The notes beneath the pieces are model-generated. The model saw only the letters and a list, made by a program, of their open reading frames with translations, was not told the DNA's origin and did not search any database. A DNA stretch of 63,416 bases, filler included, from Reticulomyxa filosa (lineage: Eukaryota; Protista; Foraminifera), in the NCBI GenBank assembly GCA_000512085.1. It is 17 parts of 17 records of this genome, joined end to end, with 100 filler letters (N's around TTAATTAATTAA, not from the genome) between each part and the next. Parts side by side here need not be neighbours in the genome. Positions count along the whole stretch, not along the records: positions 11,562 to 16,401 come from ASPP01002400.1; positions 16,502 to 17,610 come from ASPP01038971.1; positions 17,711 to 21,155 come from ASPP01018641.1; positions 21,256 to 23,596 come from ASPP01013837.1; 13 more parts are not named here. The stretch is one strand, 5' to 3'. Below are positions 11,562-23,550 of the stretch, one piece after another. The position numbers and the translations under genes are program-made. Each line of letters opens with the position of its first letter. Position 1 is the first letter of the stretch.

Positions 11562-14010
11562 TATATTCATCTTCACTCTCTACTTTTGCATTCCATGCAT
11601 GTTGTCCTTTATGTGTTTTCTCATCATGAGCATAATGTATTGTAGACCTTGCAAATAAAATTTCACGTTCATGTTTATGTGGAGATATCCATAATACGTC
11701 ACAGCTTCGTATTTCATTTGATCGTCTCATAGAAGGATGAAAATGTAAAATACATCCTTGATCATTTCTAAACATTTGTGCAACTTGAATATCATCAGAA
11801 GTCTCTACATGACTTATGAAAAACCCTGATTTTATTTCTTTAATATTCTCCAATCTCACTCCTTTCAATCCACAATATAATTCCATTTCACTTTCTTCTC
11901 TTCTTTCGTGCAAATGCAATATCCTTATAGCTTCTTGCAAAAAATGATCTAAATAAGGCCATATATCATGTTTAAATTGTATTTGATCATTGCTGAATTG
12001 GCTATTACATGATTTACTACAATGCAATAAAATTGCACAAATATGATTAATTGAAGTGGATATCCCATTTGTTTATGAATATCATCGTGATACAATATCT
12101 TCAATTCATTTAATATTGTCAATATTTTATCATCTACTATCAATTCACCATTTTCATCCTTTTCATTATAATTAATTTGCTCTTTGATATTATCATAAAA
12201 TTGTTTTTCTACTTTTTTATTATTTGTGTATTTGAATGTGATCAAATCACATACATAACCATTTTTTATCACTTCATGGAACAATTTCTGCAATGAATTA
12301 TTTTTTGTCACATTTGCATCTACTGTATCTTGAATAATTTTAAGTTTGTGCAAATCACATTCATATGGTAATGGATCGAATTTAGGTTTTTGATTGGACG
12401 GAATAAATTCAATATCTAAGTCAACATTTTTTGGTAAATCACTTCTTTCAATGTCAATTGTGCGTTTGTAGGGTACCATGAATGCAGATATTATTTTCCA
12501 GTATACTTGAATAATTGGATAATGGGGAAGATGCTTGTAAATATCATGTAATAGTATATCTTCATTATTCATTTTTATTTCTGGCTTACATTTGTCAAAT
12601 TTACATTCAAATAATATTAATTCATCTGTTCCAAGTAAAAAATGTTCTCTCATTTGTAATTTATCTTTGAAATGTTGTATCCCTTGTTTGAAAGTAATCG
12701 AATATGGATTCAATGGCTCTTTGTGTGTTATCTTATCTCTATCTTTCCAAATGACATGGAAAGAATTGAACTCCTATGTGTTTGAAATGTAAGTATAACA
12801 ATTCAACAATTAGCAAGTAATTGACAATTGATAAAGACATTTGTACGTTTCTGCTTTCATTAACTGATACACAATTTGATAAATAATCTCTGTTGTGAAC
12901 ATCTAGTGTGCGGAAGTGCCAAGTATGATTGAGAATGAGACAAGCCCATTTAGCATGTGTGTCATTTACATCAATGTCGTTGTAAAATTGTATGTGAACA
13001 TTAAATTCCAATGATAATTTTTTTGGATTCCCAATTTGTAATAATTTTATTTTTAATTCATTTTCATCAAATAGCATCATTGTTCGATGTTCATAATCAA
13101 ATAAAATATTATAATCTTCCCATTTCCCATTCGATAACATACACACATTTGTTGGAATACCATATCTTGTTTTATATCTATTTAAAATAATTGGTTATAT
13201 CGGTTATATTATCTGTGTCAATTGTTTTGTTACAACTACAAAATAAACACATATAAAACTACATGGATTGTTCATTAATCCACTTTTGATAGCATTTCCA
13301 CAGATGTAATAATTGAATATGATCATATTGATAATACCAATTATCATCATTTTCTTTTTTGAATCCGATATATTGTAACTCTTTTTCAATGTCTATTAAT
13401 ATTTGTTCAAAATCTGCACTTAATGTATGGCGTCTCTCAAATAAACAGTCGCATAGAGCTTGTTTGTTAATTTGATGATATTTGATATGTTTGGGATATT
13501 TTAAAATATTCCACAAAATATGCAAACATATTTTTCTCAATATTTTTAATTCATTTTCCTTCAACCTATCATTTTATTGTTTCTTTTCACGTGTGTTTTA
13601 TACTCATGTGTATCTCACTCACATTTAACTCGTTCAAATTGGAAGTTGCACAAATTTCCATTAATTTCATGCGTGTTTCAACAAAAATGTTATTGTGATT
13701 TCTCCATGTTTGCAATATCATTGTTTTTTCAAGTTTATCACCAAATTCTTTGAATAAACGCATCAAATGATGTTGTTGTTGTGAAGTCGTGCTGCAATAA
13801 AATATGTAAACGATAATTTGTTGAAAAAAATATTAACAATTTGTTTTGTTATAAAAAAAAAGAGAGTGTAGAAATTTATTGTTACGTGTTCTCAGTTAGC
13901 CAAGTTAAGAGATCCTCAGTCTCGTCAACATTTTCATTAAACCAGTTAAATGATTCTATAATGATTTCTTTGCTTATCTTGGAGAACGTTTGTTGAAGCT
14001 GTGCGAGCAT
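11562..14010 (-). CDS. Multidomain CUE-CUE-PUB ... ADP-ribosyltransferase-like protein (1 frameshift; possibly pseudogene), 3'-truncated
   Basis: CUE-like MLAQLQQTFSKISKEIIIESFNWFNENVDETEDLL (14010-13890). PUB-like LHILWNILKYPKHIKYHQIN...LQYIGF (13259-13564). ART-like LYCG / HVETS / EREILF (11600-11890). One-base frameshift near 12047. Confidence 0.7.
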
Positions 14011-14639
14011 GACGACGTTGAATGCAAGAAAACCCCCTTTTTTTTGGAGTCACCAACTACTTTCGTTGCAATGTCCAAATCATAATCGTTACTTTTTTCA
14101 TAAAAAATAAAATTTCTTATGTTTACCCAAAATTCGGGATCAATTTTAACAAAAGATCTTTTTTTATTATGGAAACAGAACGTATCCATAAAAAAAGGGG
14201 AAATAACAGTGAAAATGGATTGGCTCCAAAAAAAAAGTATGAAAGCTGATAGAAAATCACAAACTTCTATCAACTGAAAAAGCCCTCCTCCCACAAACAC
14301 ATCACATCTGTATAATAACAAGACGCAATTAAAAGATTATAACATCTTATTCAAAAGAAACAGTGCTTCTGAGAAAACTGAACAAATTTTGAAAATGTAC
14401 AAGTAATGACTCAATTTAAAAAAACGCATTGAAAAAGTGGACAAGTTTTTTCCACCTTATTGAAGTGTCATCATTGTTTTTTCTTCACATAAAAAAAAGA
14501 GAAATGAATTGACTTTTTTAACTTTTGAGTTTTCATTTATTTTTCTTTCATAATTCAAAAATTTATTTTACTCAATGAACTAAGTTTTATTAGTGTTACA
14601 AATATCAATACCAAACAAAGAAAATCCAAACACATTCGG

Positions 14640-14860
14640 AACAGAAAATAAAAATATGCTGTTTTTTGTTTGTAAGGGAGTCAGTTAACCTGATAATGTG
14701 AGTACCACAGTTTTTCTTCATAATGGTGACGGATTTTAACAATTTGGTCAACTACAAATGGTCATATTGTCGCTGATTCTTCATTATTAAGTGAAGTAAT
14801 GAAAGATATTGTCATTGACAATTACAAAAAGTATTCCATGTATCAAAAATCAGAAAAAGT
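14640..14860 (+). pseudogene. Possible caspase/metacaspase-like (C14) remnant
   Basis: Broken frames KICCFL / VCKG (cf. KIFIIDACRG) followed by HNGDGILTIWSTTNGHIVADSSLLSEVMKD (cf. p10 D.L...ST..G). In-frame stop present. Confidence 0.35.
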
Positions 14861-16889
14861 AAAGGAGGTGATCGGTATTGTGTAGACACAACTTTTCATG
14901 ATATTGTGTTTACTGCAAATAAAAAGAGCTGATTTCAAAGAGTATGTAAAGATTTGTGTAGTTTGTTTTTGTTTTTGATGAATTGGTGTCCGATGAAGAA
15001 CAGTTGACTTAATTTTTTTTTTGAAAAATAAAAATCCAACACAAACTTTTAACAAAACGAAATTTGTTAAATAACGAGAAAATAATGATCAAAACAAAAC
15101 AAGTAAAAATTAAGAAGAACGAAAGACTGGGGAGTGAAGTGAATGTGAACCAGAATAAAGGGAGTTCTGAGGTTCACTTGGATTTCTGACAATGGCTAGT
15201 ACTACAAAGTAAATGGGAACTCAAAAGAATTATGAACGCATTGTAATGCCGAAAAGAAAAGAAAATGGACGAAATTTTTAAAAATAAAAATACAAAACCA
15301 AAACGTTATTTAAAATTACACAATTCGTATATATTATTCTAAAAAATTGTTCTTTCGATTTGAAACAAGTAAGCTGAAAATGATGGATAATTACAATAAT
15401 TCAGGGTCTCCTCTGGTGGATAAACTCCAAATACCGAAACTTGTACTTGTTTTTGACTTTATGATAAAAATAACAAGATCTTGTTAATAACTTCCACAAA
15501 TGAGGATTTCGTGTTTATATAACACACAGTGAGATTCATAAAATGGAATGGGCAACTCCTTGAAACTTTTAAAAAAATCTTAATAGTTCATCAACATGAA
15601 CAACCAGACTTTTCAAAGGGAAATTCAGGAAAAAAGTCGTCATTTTAAAATTACTTCAGTGTATGATTTGACTATAAAGGTATGAATATAATTTTGGTTT
15701 GATGGAAACAATCATTATGTAAACCAAGGAATTATACAATGTTGTGTGTTCTGCATTTCCAAAATATACAAATTGTGTAGTTTTTAAATATCATTTTGAA
15801 TTTTATTACATATTTACTAATTGTTTTAAAAATTTGAATATTTTATTGATTTTGAAAAAGTTGACAATCGTGCATATGTCGTACCCAGAAATTTGACAAT
15901 TTTTTAAAAATATTTTCAGAAAGTGCTTAATGCAAAAAAAAAAAATTGGTCTTCTACGTTGTGTAGTTTTTGAGAAAACTCAATTTTTTGTTATCAAAAA
16001 ATTTTTTTTTGATGAATTTAATGTTATTTTCAAGTTAGTTTAAAAGCATAATAACTGAAAATTTTTTTGTAGTAATATTTTTTTAGTGAAAATTACAATT
16101 TGGTTAAATCACCTTTTATCCTGTATAATGCTCGTATTCGCTATATTATTTGTTTTATTAAGTTTTTGTATATTTCTTTATCAATTTTTTCACAATATAA
16201 TTCAACTTGTTTACAAAGTTATTCTTTTGATCTGAATGGTCCATTTTTGTATATTCTGTTTTTACTATAAACGAAAGATTTTCGATTGTATTCAGTTTTA
16301 GAGAATTTAGAATGAAATTCAATACTTTGATAGCATTTTATTTAAACTATTTTTTTACTATAATTGCTTTGTGGCTGTTGGCATTATATTGCTGAAATAT
16401 CNNNNNNNNNNNNNNNNNNNNNNNNNNNNNNNNNNNNNNNNNNNNTTAATTAATTAANNNNNNNNNNNNNNNNNNNNNNNNNNNNNNNNNNNNNNNNNNN
16501 NAAATCGAATGTTGTCAGAACTGCCTCCTTTAGATACTAATCCTTCTAAAACGGATATCAATTTTACCACAAAAACACAAATCCCAGGAACAATAAATTC
16601 AGATAAACAACATCCTTCCTCTAGATGAGGATTAACGTCTGAAGCAAATCCTCCTTTTTTTTCAAACACTTTTCACAAAACTTCTGGTTTTACGTATTCT
16701 CGATTTAGAAAATAATTTCCTTTTTAAGTATCCTTTGTATTGTTTGTTGTAGTTCAAATTGATTAAGATCAAATTTTATTCAAGCAATGTGTTTCATTCT
16801 TTTTTTTTTTCATTCCAATGAAATATTGTTTGAAGTAATCCTTAAGTTTTTTCCATTCATTTTAACTACTTTGTATTCATTGGAAAAAA

Positions 16890-17610
16890 TCATTTAATAA
16901 CAACTACGATATTCTATGAAAACGAAAAAGAAGTGGGTGAGGGTATTCAATGGTACCTTATAAAAAATATCGAAAAAGTGAGTCGACAAGATATATTCGT
17001 AACAAAAAAGTTGTGATCAGACAACCAAGGATATAACAAAACAATTTTTGCCGTAAACAACAACTTGAAGGTCAGCAAATTGGACTATTTTGATTTGTAT
17101 TTGATTCATTCACCCATTGGAGGTGAAAATCTTAAGACATATCAGGCCTTGGTGGATTTGCAAGGAAAGGGCAAAATTAAATCCATAGTCGTACAATCAA
17201 TTTGTTGTTTATATAGCAAAACAAAAAAGGAGCTCTTTTTTAAAAAAAAGGTTGCAAGCGTTAGAGAAAGCAGGCCTCCCTTGGCTCTAACAGAAAGAAA
17301 TTATGAAACATTGCCGAAGCAAAGACATTGTGGTTAATGCATTATTCGTCTTTGACCAAAGGACAAATACTGAAAAAACCAAATCAACATTCGCAAGAAA
17401 TGAGTGAGCTGTTGATGAAATGGTCCTTGCAAAAGGGCTGTGTGTTATCAAAAGCTTCAACGAAAAATGAATCCAAGAAATTTTGATATGTGTGACTGGG
17501 ATATTGACAATAAGGACGTTGAATATTTTGATTGCTTGAATGAAAACTTCCATTGCACTTGGAAGCCAATTGATGTAAATCCATTCTTGTACTGGCAAAA
17601 TGGCCAGAAG
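16890..17610 (+). pseudogene. Aldo-keto reductase pseudogene
   Basis: NEKEVGEGI, RQDIFVTKKL*, DYFDLYLIHSP, GKIKSI and KWSLQKG. TGA at 17014 replaces the conserved Trp, and there are several frameshifts. Confidence 0.8.
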
Positions 17611-17787
17611 NNNNNNNNNNNNNNNNNNNNNNNNNNNNNNNNNNNNNNNNNNNNTTAATTAATTAANNNNNNNNNNNNNNNNNNNNNNNNNNNNNNNNNN
17701 NNNNNNNNNNTGTTTTATGCGTTCAGTTTTCTTTGCAACTTACTGTATTTATTTGCTTATTGAAAAATTTTAATGCAATAACGTAAC

Positions 17788-17995
17788 ATATTTGACAACA
17801 AGTTTATCAAATTCATTGATCCATCCTAATTTAATATTTAATATGCGAATCCAATGACAAATGATGACTTGAATCTTTTCTTCTGGCTAAATCGATTTCA
17901 CATACAATTAAAAAAATAAGAACAAGAAAAACTTTCTTAAAGACGAGAATGAAGCTCACCACTGAGTATTTCTCTTTTTTTAAATGAGTGGACAT
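17788..17995 (-). CDS. 5' exons of a lineage-specific (probably WD40) gene with the WIR..IKLGWI module, truncated
   Basis: MSTHLKKEKYSV, an intron, then PEEKIQVIICHWIRILNIKLGWINEFDKLVVKY. Confidence 0.5.
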
Positions 17996-18776
17996 TCTTT
18001 CGACTTCAACTTTGGCTTCTTTTAGACGATGGATGGATGATACAAGTAGAAGAAATTTTTCAAGATGAACGAAAGGGCTTTCAAACGTTTCTTAAGTTTT
18101 GAGTATTAATCACAAAAAAATAATCTTCAAAAGTGATGACTTGAATGAACATTTGTGAAATTGACTTCAGTTAACAAGCTTGATAAATTTGCATTATTAA
18201 AATTAGTTACTTCAAGGAAAGCACGACCCAAAAGTGCATAAAAATTTTTATATTGCTCTTATTTTGATAACCCATATTGTATTAGCCGAATGAATATCTT
18301 CAAACACAACCAAATTAAATTGTTCTGTGGTTTGTAGTTTAGTTGGATTATTTTCATTTTTTTTAAACTTGGTGGTTTCACGACTGTAATCTCGTCTTTC
18401 TGCAATTTTGTTACAAAATTCTATATTTTAATACTATTCATTGCTTTTTCACTCATTTCTCTAAAATCTTCGATATTGTTTAATTTTATTTGCTTTAAAT
18501 TCATAAGATAATCCATAATTAATTGTATATGAATATTAATAATTATTATCCTTCACAGGTATTAAATCCCTACATGCACAAATTGAATGCTAGTAATTAT
18601 AGAACATTGCTTTGACAATGGGTTTGACTGTTTCTTTTTTACAAGAAGTCTGATATGAAATAAATGCAATATTATTAAATCCAATCAATTTCGATAAATA
18701 TTTTTGAACATCGCAAATTGGCAATTTTTTTTTAAAGTTTACAATAACAAAATCAAAACCATATTTAAAAAATATA

Positions 18777-20117
18777 TTATTTATACATACTTAGTTGTGT
18801 TTCTTCATCAAAAAATTGATTATCTATATATGTCAAACTTTGTTTCATTCTACTTCTACTGTATTTGAAAATAATTTGATCAAAATAATCAATCCATCCA
18901 AATTTTATTTGTAAAGTCCGAATCCAATATTGGATAATCAATTTTATTTCATTTTTTGACTATTCATTATTTATTATTTATCAATTAGTTTCATACAATA
19001 TAATGTGTTTATTTCATCATAACAAATAAATAAATAAATAAACAAATGATTACCAACTGTGAAGGATCCAATTCACGCACTTTAATCTTCATGTGAGTTG
19101 ATACTGTTGTCTTTTTGTCATCTTTTCCTCCGATAATGTGTATATGATTGTTGTCTTCACTCAATATTGCAACACAATCTGTCAATGAGTTGGGTAAAGT
19201 GTTTTGAAATGACATCCATTTATCTTCTTCAATTGAATACTTGTGTACTGATTTTAAATAAACAAATTTCTTACCATTCCAACTATGCCCACCAAAGAAT
19301 AAGATTATATCATTGATACACACATATGCATATGCATAGAATTGCGCAATGTTCTTACAAACAGATAGCCGATGAAACTGAAAAGTGTTGTTATCTTCAT
19401 TGTACTTAATTGATAACCCTGTTTGAAGTTTAAACAACAGCATTTGATAATTTTGTTTATTGTTTTCATTATTCCTTGTCCATTTTCTGAATTTAATACA
19501 AAGCAATGATATTGAATATGATCATCAGTTGGTAAATAGTCATGTTGAATAAATTGAAATGTATTTAAATCAAATACACTAATATTATTTCTTGGATAAG
19601 TGATAAATAACAAATGATTTTTGCTTCCACCGATCAATGCACGCACTCCAGTATAATTATCTTGATATCTTCCGATGATAATTGGATGATTGTGGTTGTC
19701 TGTGAAAGGAACCCATTGATTGTAATTATTTGATTTATTATTCCAAACACTTACATATTTCATCACCAATGTATGGTTATTATATCCACCAAAAGACAAC
19801 AAAGTGATTTCATTGCTGCCTTTGTTGTTGTTATCTGCCAGTTTCACTACACAATGACCATTTAATTTAATATTACTTGGATATTCACAGATAAACTTGT
19901 ATTCGTTTTTGATTGTATGATAAGAATAACACGCTCTTTTAAATTGACCTCCACAAATAAGGAGCTCATGTTTGTGTGTCACACACTGAGATTGCAAAAA
20001 TGGATTGGGTAAAGCCTTCAAACATTGAAAGGAAGTTGAAGTAATAACATGTTGATTTTGTTCAGTTTGCTCAGTTTGTCTTTTAGGACATTTCTGTGTT
20101 GTAGTTGGATTAGCCAT
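18777..20117 (-). CDS. Kelch-like beta-propeller protein (frameshift near 19470)
   Basis: Repeated GG blades (LLICGG, LLSFGG, ALIGG, ILFFGG, IHIIGG) with KWM/QWV tryptophans. The last exon (18777-18959) carries IIQYWIRTLQIKFGWIDYFD. Confidence 0.75.
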
Positions 20118-21479
20118 GTTGCTGAATTTTTTTTAATAGTTTTATTTTAAAAAAAGGAACTCAACGTGACTCTTTAAAAACCAAAAAAGGTATTTTACAT
20201 TTCAATAAATTATTCAAACAAAAGTTTTTGTTTTAAATAAAATTTAAATTAGAATTAAAAGTTAAATTGATGTCTTTTTTCCATTTTTTTTAAAAAAGAA
20301 AAAGTATTTGCTATTTATTCAGTAAATTAACATTTTGACTAAAAACAATATATCAAAATTAAAATTGAATAATTATCGTAAAAAACATACCACAAACAAA
20401 AAATTCATTAAAAAAAACAAAAAAGAATTGGCAAATTTCATGAATATAATGTTAACTTTTTTTCCGAAAATTTCAAAAAATCCAATGAAAGATTCAAATT
20501 TTTGAAAAAATTTCGAAAGATAAAATAAACAATTAAATCCAAAACAATATTTAAAAACTATATAATTCGTACCTATTTTCCTTCAAAAAAAATTGATTAA
20601 ATATTGTTTTTTCATTGAGAAAATTAATCATCTTCATAAAGTATCGTTTTATGTGTTTTCTTTTTTATTCTACTGTATTTATGCGTGTATATTTGTTATT
20701 AACAATAGTTAAAGTTTGAATTAGATTATTAAATGTAAATTATTTTAAGTAATGTAATATGAAATCAATTACATTATTACTTAAATTGAAAAAATATTGA
20801 ATAACTTTTTGAATGAAATCTCATACTTATAAAACTATGCAACTCAAATAAATTTTCTTTTTACTTCCAAAATAATCTTTAAAACATACTATTTATAAAC
20901 ATTTGAATTTAAAACACCACATTTGTTGGTTATTAATAATTGTCTCATCATTTGAATTTAAACTTCATATCTTTTATCGATTCATGATTTTCACCAAATT
21001 TTTGAGTAAAAATCGACAATGCATTTTCATAATACTTCTTTGCTTCCATTTTGCTATCATTACTAAGATTAATTTCCTAAAAGATCATATGATTTACTAA
21101 CATCTAAATGATTAGAATCCAATCTAATGTTTTCTTTCCAAATTCCATCGCTTTGNNNNNNNNNNNNNNNNNNNNNNNNNNNNNNNNNNNNNNNNNNNNT
21201 TAATTAATTAANNNNNNNNNNNNNNNNNNNNNNNNNNNNNNNNNNNNNNNNNNNNAACTGTTGTCTTGGTATTAGTCTGTATTATGGTTCAGTCAATGGC
21301 TTTATTCGTATTTGGGAATAGGGAGCATATAACAACTTTTTTTGACTGATTTTTTTTTAATTAATCAATGAATTTTTTTCCAAATTAATCAAACATTTCT
21401 GTCATTCAGACGCAATTACTTATTTGTGATTTATTTTTAATCTTTGATAAAGAACCTGGCTCTGATGATATTTCATCAT

Positions 21480-21740
21480 TGTTTACCTATGCCGTCTTGT
21501 TTTTTGGTGGATGGAATATTAAATATAATAATGACACAAATATTCAATTAAAAAAAAATCAATGAATGAAATTTCAAAACACTTTACCCAGCCCATTGTG
21601 ACACTTATATACATATCATTGGAGGAAAAAGTGATAAAAGCGCATATATATGAGATATTTTACATTTGGTAATTATTCAATATTGGATTTGGACTTTAAA
21701 GGTAAAAATACGATGGATCGATGAAATACAGTGGACTGAG
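21480..21740 (+). pseudogene. Kelch-family remnant
   Basis: FGGWN, MKFQNTLPSPL, YIHIIGGK and IIQYWIWTLKVKIRWIDE, in broken frames paralogous to 18777-19300. Confidence 0.6.
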
Positions 21741-21859
21741 ATAATTGATAGTTTTATCTTAAAATATAAAAATAAAAAGTTTGACAATCAATAAATATTC
21801 ATGAATAAAATTTGGTTCAATTTTTCAATGCGGTATCTAGAGTCAAAAAATTTAACTTT

Positions 21860-22570
21860 TTTGCAGATAAACGAACAGTAGTGTCACCAGATCCAGAGCG
21901 CAAATATCTACCTCATTAAATGGTGAGAATTCAATACTAGAGATCCGGTCAATATATTCTTTAATGTACCAAAGACTTCTATGTAGTACTAAAAACATTA
22001 TGTGCTTTTCAAAATAGTCTTAATCATACCATTGTATGATAACAATTTTTATTATTATGCTTTGAATTTTAAAAAACATTAATGCAGTTTTTTCAATTTT
22101 TTAAAACAAAAAAGTAAGATCTTTCAATGCTCGCATTCAATCAAATTAAACAAGTTCAATATTCACTTACTTTATTTTTAATCAAACAAAAACACTTTCA
22201 TTTCTTGTTCAACAAAAAATTCAATGATCTCCAAATACGAATGGGACCATTGCATGAAACATAACACAAATTCAAATCATATGTAATATTTTTTGTCTCT
22301 TTCTTTTTCAATACAATAAATTTAAGACAAGACATAATATTCCATCTTCTTCATCATCTCCTTTGATCACATACAATTCATTCAAACATGAAGAAAGTAT
22401 ATGCCTGTGTTAAATAAATAATTATTTTGATTGATTAAAGAAAAAGAAACAAATGAACTGACATAATTGACAGCAAATTTGTCAAAATTTTTGATCCATC
22501 CTAATTTAATGTTTAATGTTCGAGCCCAATGATGAATAATTATTTGGACCTCTTCTTCTGACTGTTTCAA
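21860..22570 (-). pseudogene. WD40-family remnant with N-terminal WIR module
   Basis: EEEVQIIIHHWARTLNIKLGWIKNFDK, plus a frameshifted SIEFSPFN-GRYLRSGSGDTTVRL WD40 blade at about 21870-21945. Confidence 0.55.
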
Positions 22571-23467
22571 TTACAGGTTACAACGATAAGCAAAATAAAG
22601 AGTAAAAACTTAAAGACAAGCCGGACTCAATTTTGATTGATAAGTTTAAGTTCATTCTTGTAACTTTTTTAGTTTTCTGTTGAGATGTTCTTTGATGATG
22701 TAAGATGAAAAAAATGCTTGAACTTTTGTTGATAAAAGGAAAAATTGAACTAAGGCTTACACAAAACATTTTGAAATGGAAGATAAATGTTACATTTTGT
22801 AAATATTTTTGTATCACAATAATCAGTAACAACAATTTTACAATGCAAAAATCTTCACTACAATTACACATAACCAAAACTCATCAAGGCGTTCAAAGGT
22901 TTCCGTCTGATGTGGAATGGACAAAACCAAACATGACTTTATGTTACAAATACGTGAACTAAACACCAATCCACAAAATAAACATTTTTATTTATTATTT
23001 ATTTTTAGATGCAAAGAAAAGTTTGCAGTATCAAGAATTTTTTTTTTTCTAAAAAAAAAGGGGTGTAAAAAACTTTTTGATGAATTATGTACACATAAAT
23101 GGGAAAAACAAGAGCATGATGTAATGCATGTTATGACTGTGCGACGTTGGAAAAAGTCTAGCACAAAAGAGTGGATGACGTATCGGATAAGGTGCACATT
23201 GCCAACGTTGAGTTTCGAAGTGTCATCAGCACAATTGGATTGGGCTCGTTCAAAGTCAAACTCTTTCTCCTTTGGCAACAGCGCAAAACTTTGGCAGGTC
23301 GATACAGATAAACTCGAAAAAAATGCCACACATAAGTCAAACTTTATCTTCACAAGTTTGAGTAGAAGTAATACATGTAAGAGTGTCCAAAGTCAGAAAG
23401 GTTAGAGGAGTCAAGCGTTGCAGAAAGTCCAGCACTTGTCGAACGCACCAAATCCAAAAATCACGAA

Positions 23468-23550
23468 CAAATAAAAGGAAGAATAAAAGGAGAAATAAAA
23501 AAAGAAATAAAAGGAGAAATAAGGAGAAATAAAAGGAGAAATAAAAAGAA
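23468..23550 (+). repeat. Imperfect tandem repeat (AAATAAAAGGAG)n
   Basis: About 6-7 imperfect copies of an ~12-nt purine-rich unit. Confidence 0.75.

Noticed and set aside
5294-14010. hcp, the RelA-like gene and the ART gene as one defence cluster or operon
   Set aside because: They lie on three different contigs separated by linkers, so linkage is unsupported.
17014-17016. TGA at a conserved Trp as stop-codon reassignment
   Set aside because: Intact genes use TGG for Trp and TGA as a stop, and this AKR has other lesions.
22917-23405. 162-aa plus-strand ORF
   Set aside because: No recognisable motif, it includes intron-like A/T runs, and the coding frame is ambiguous.
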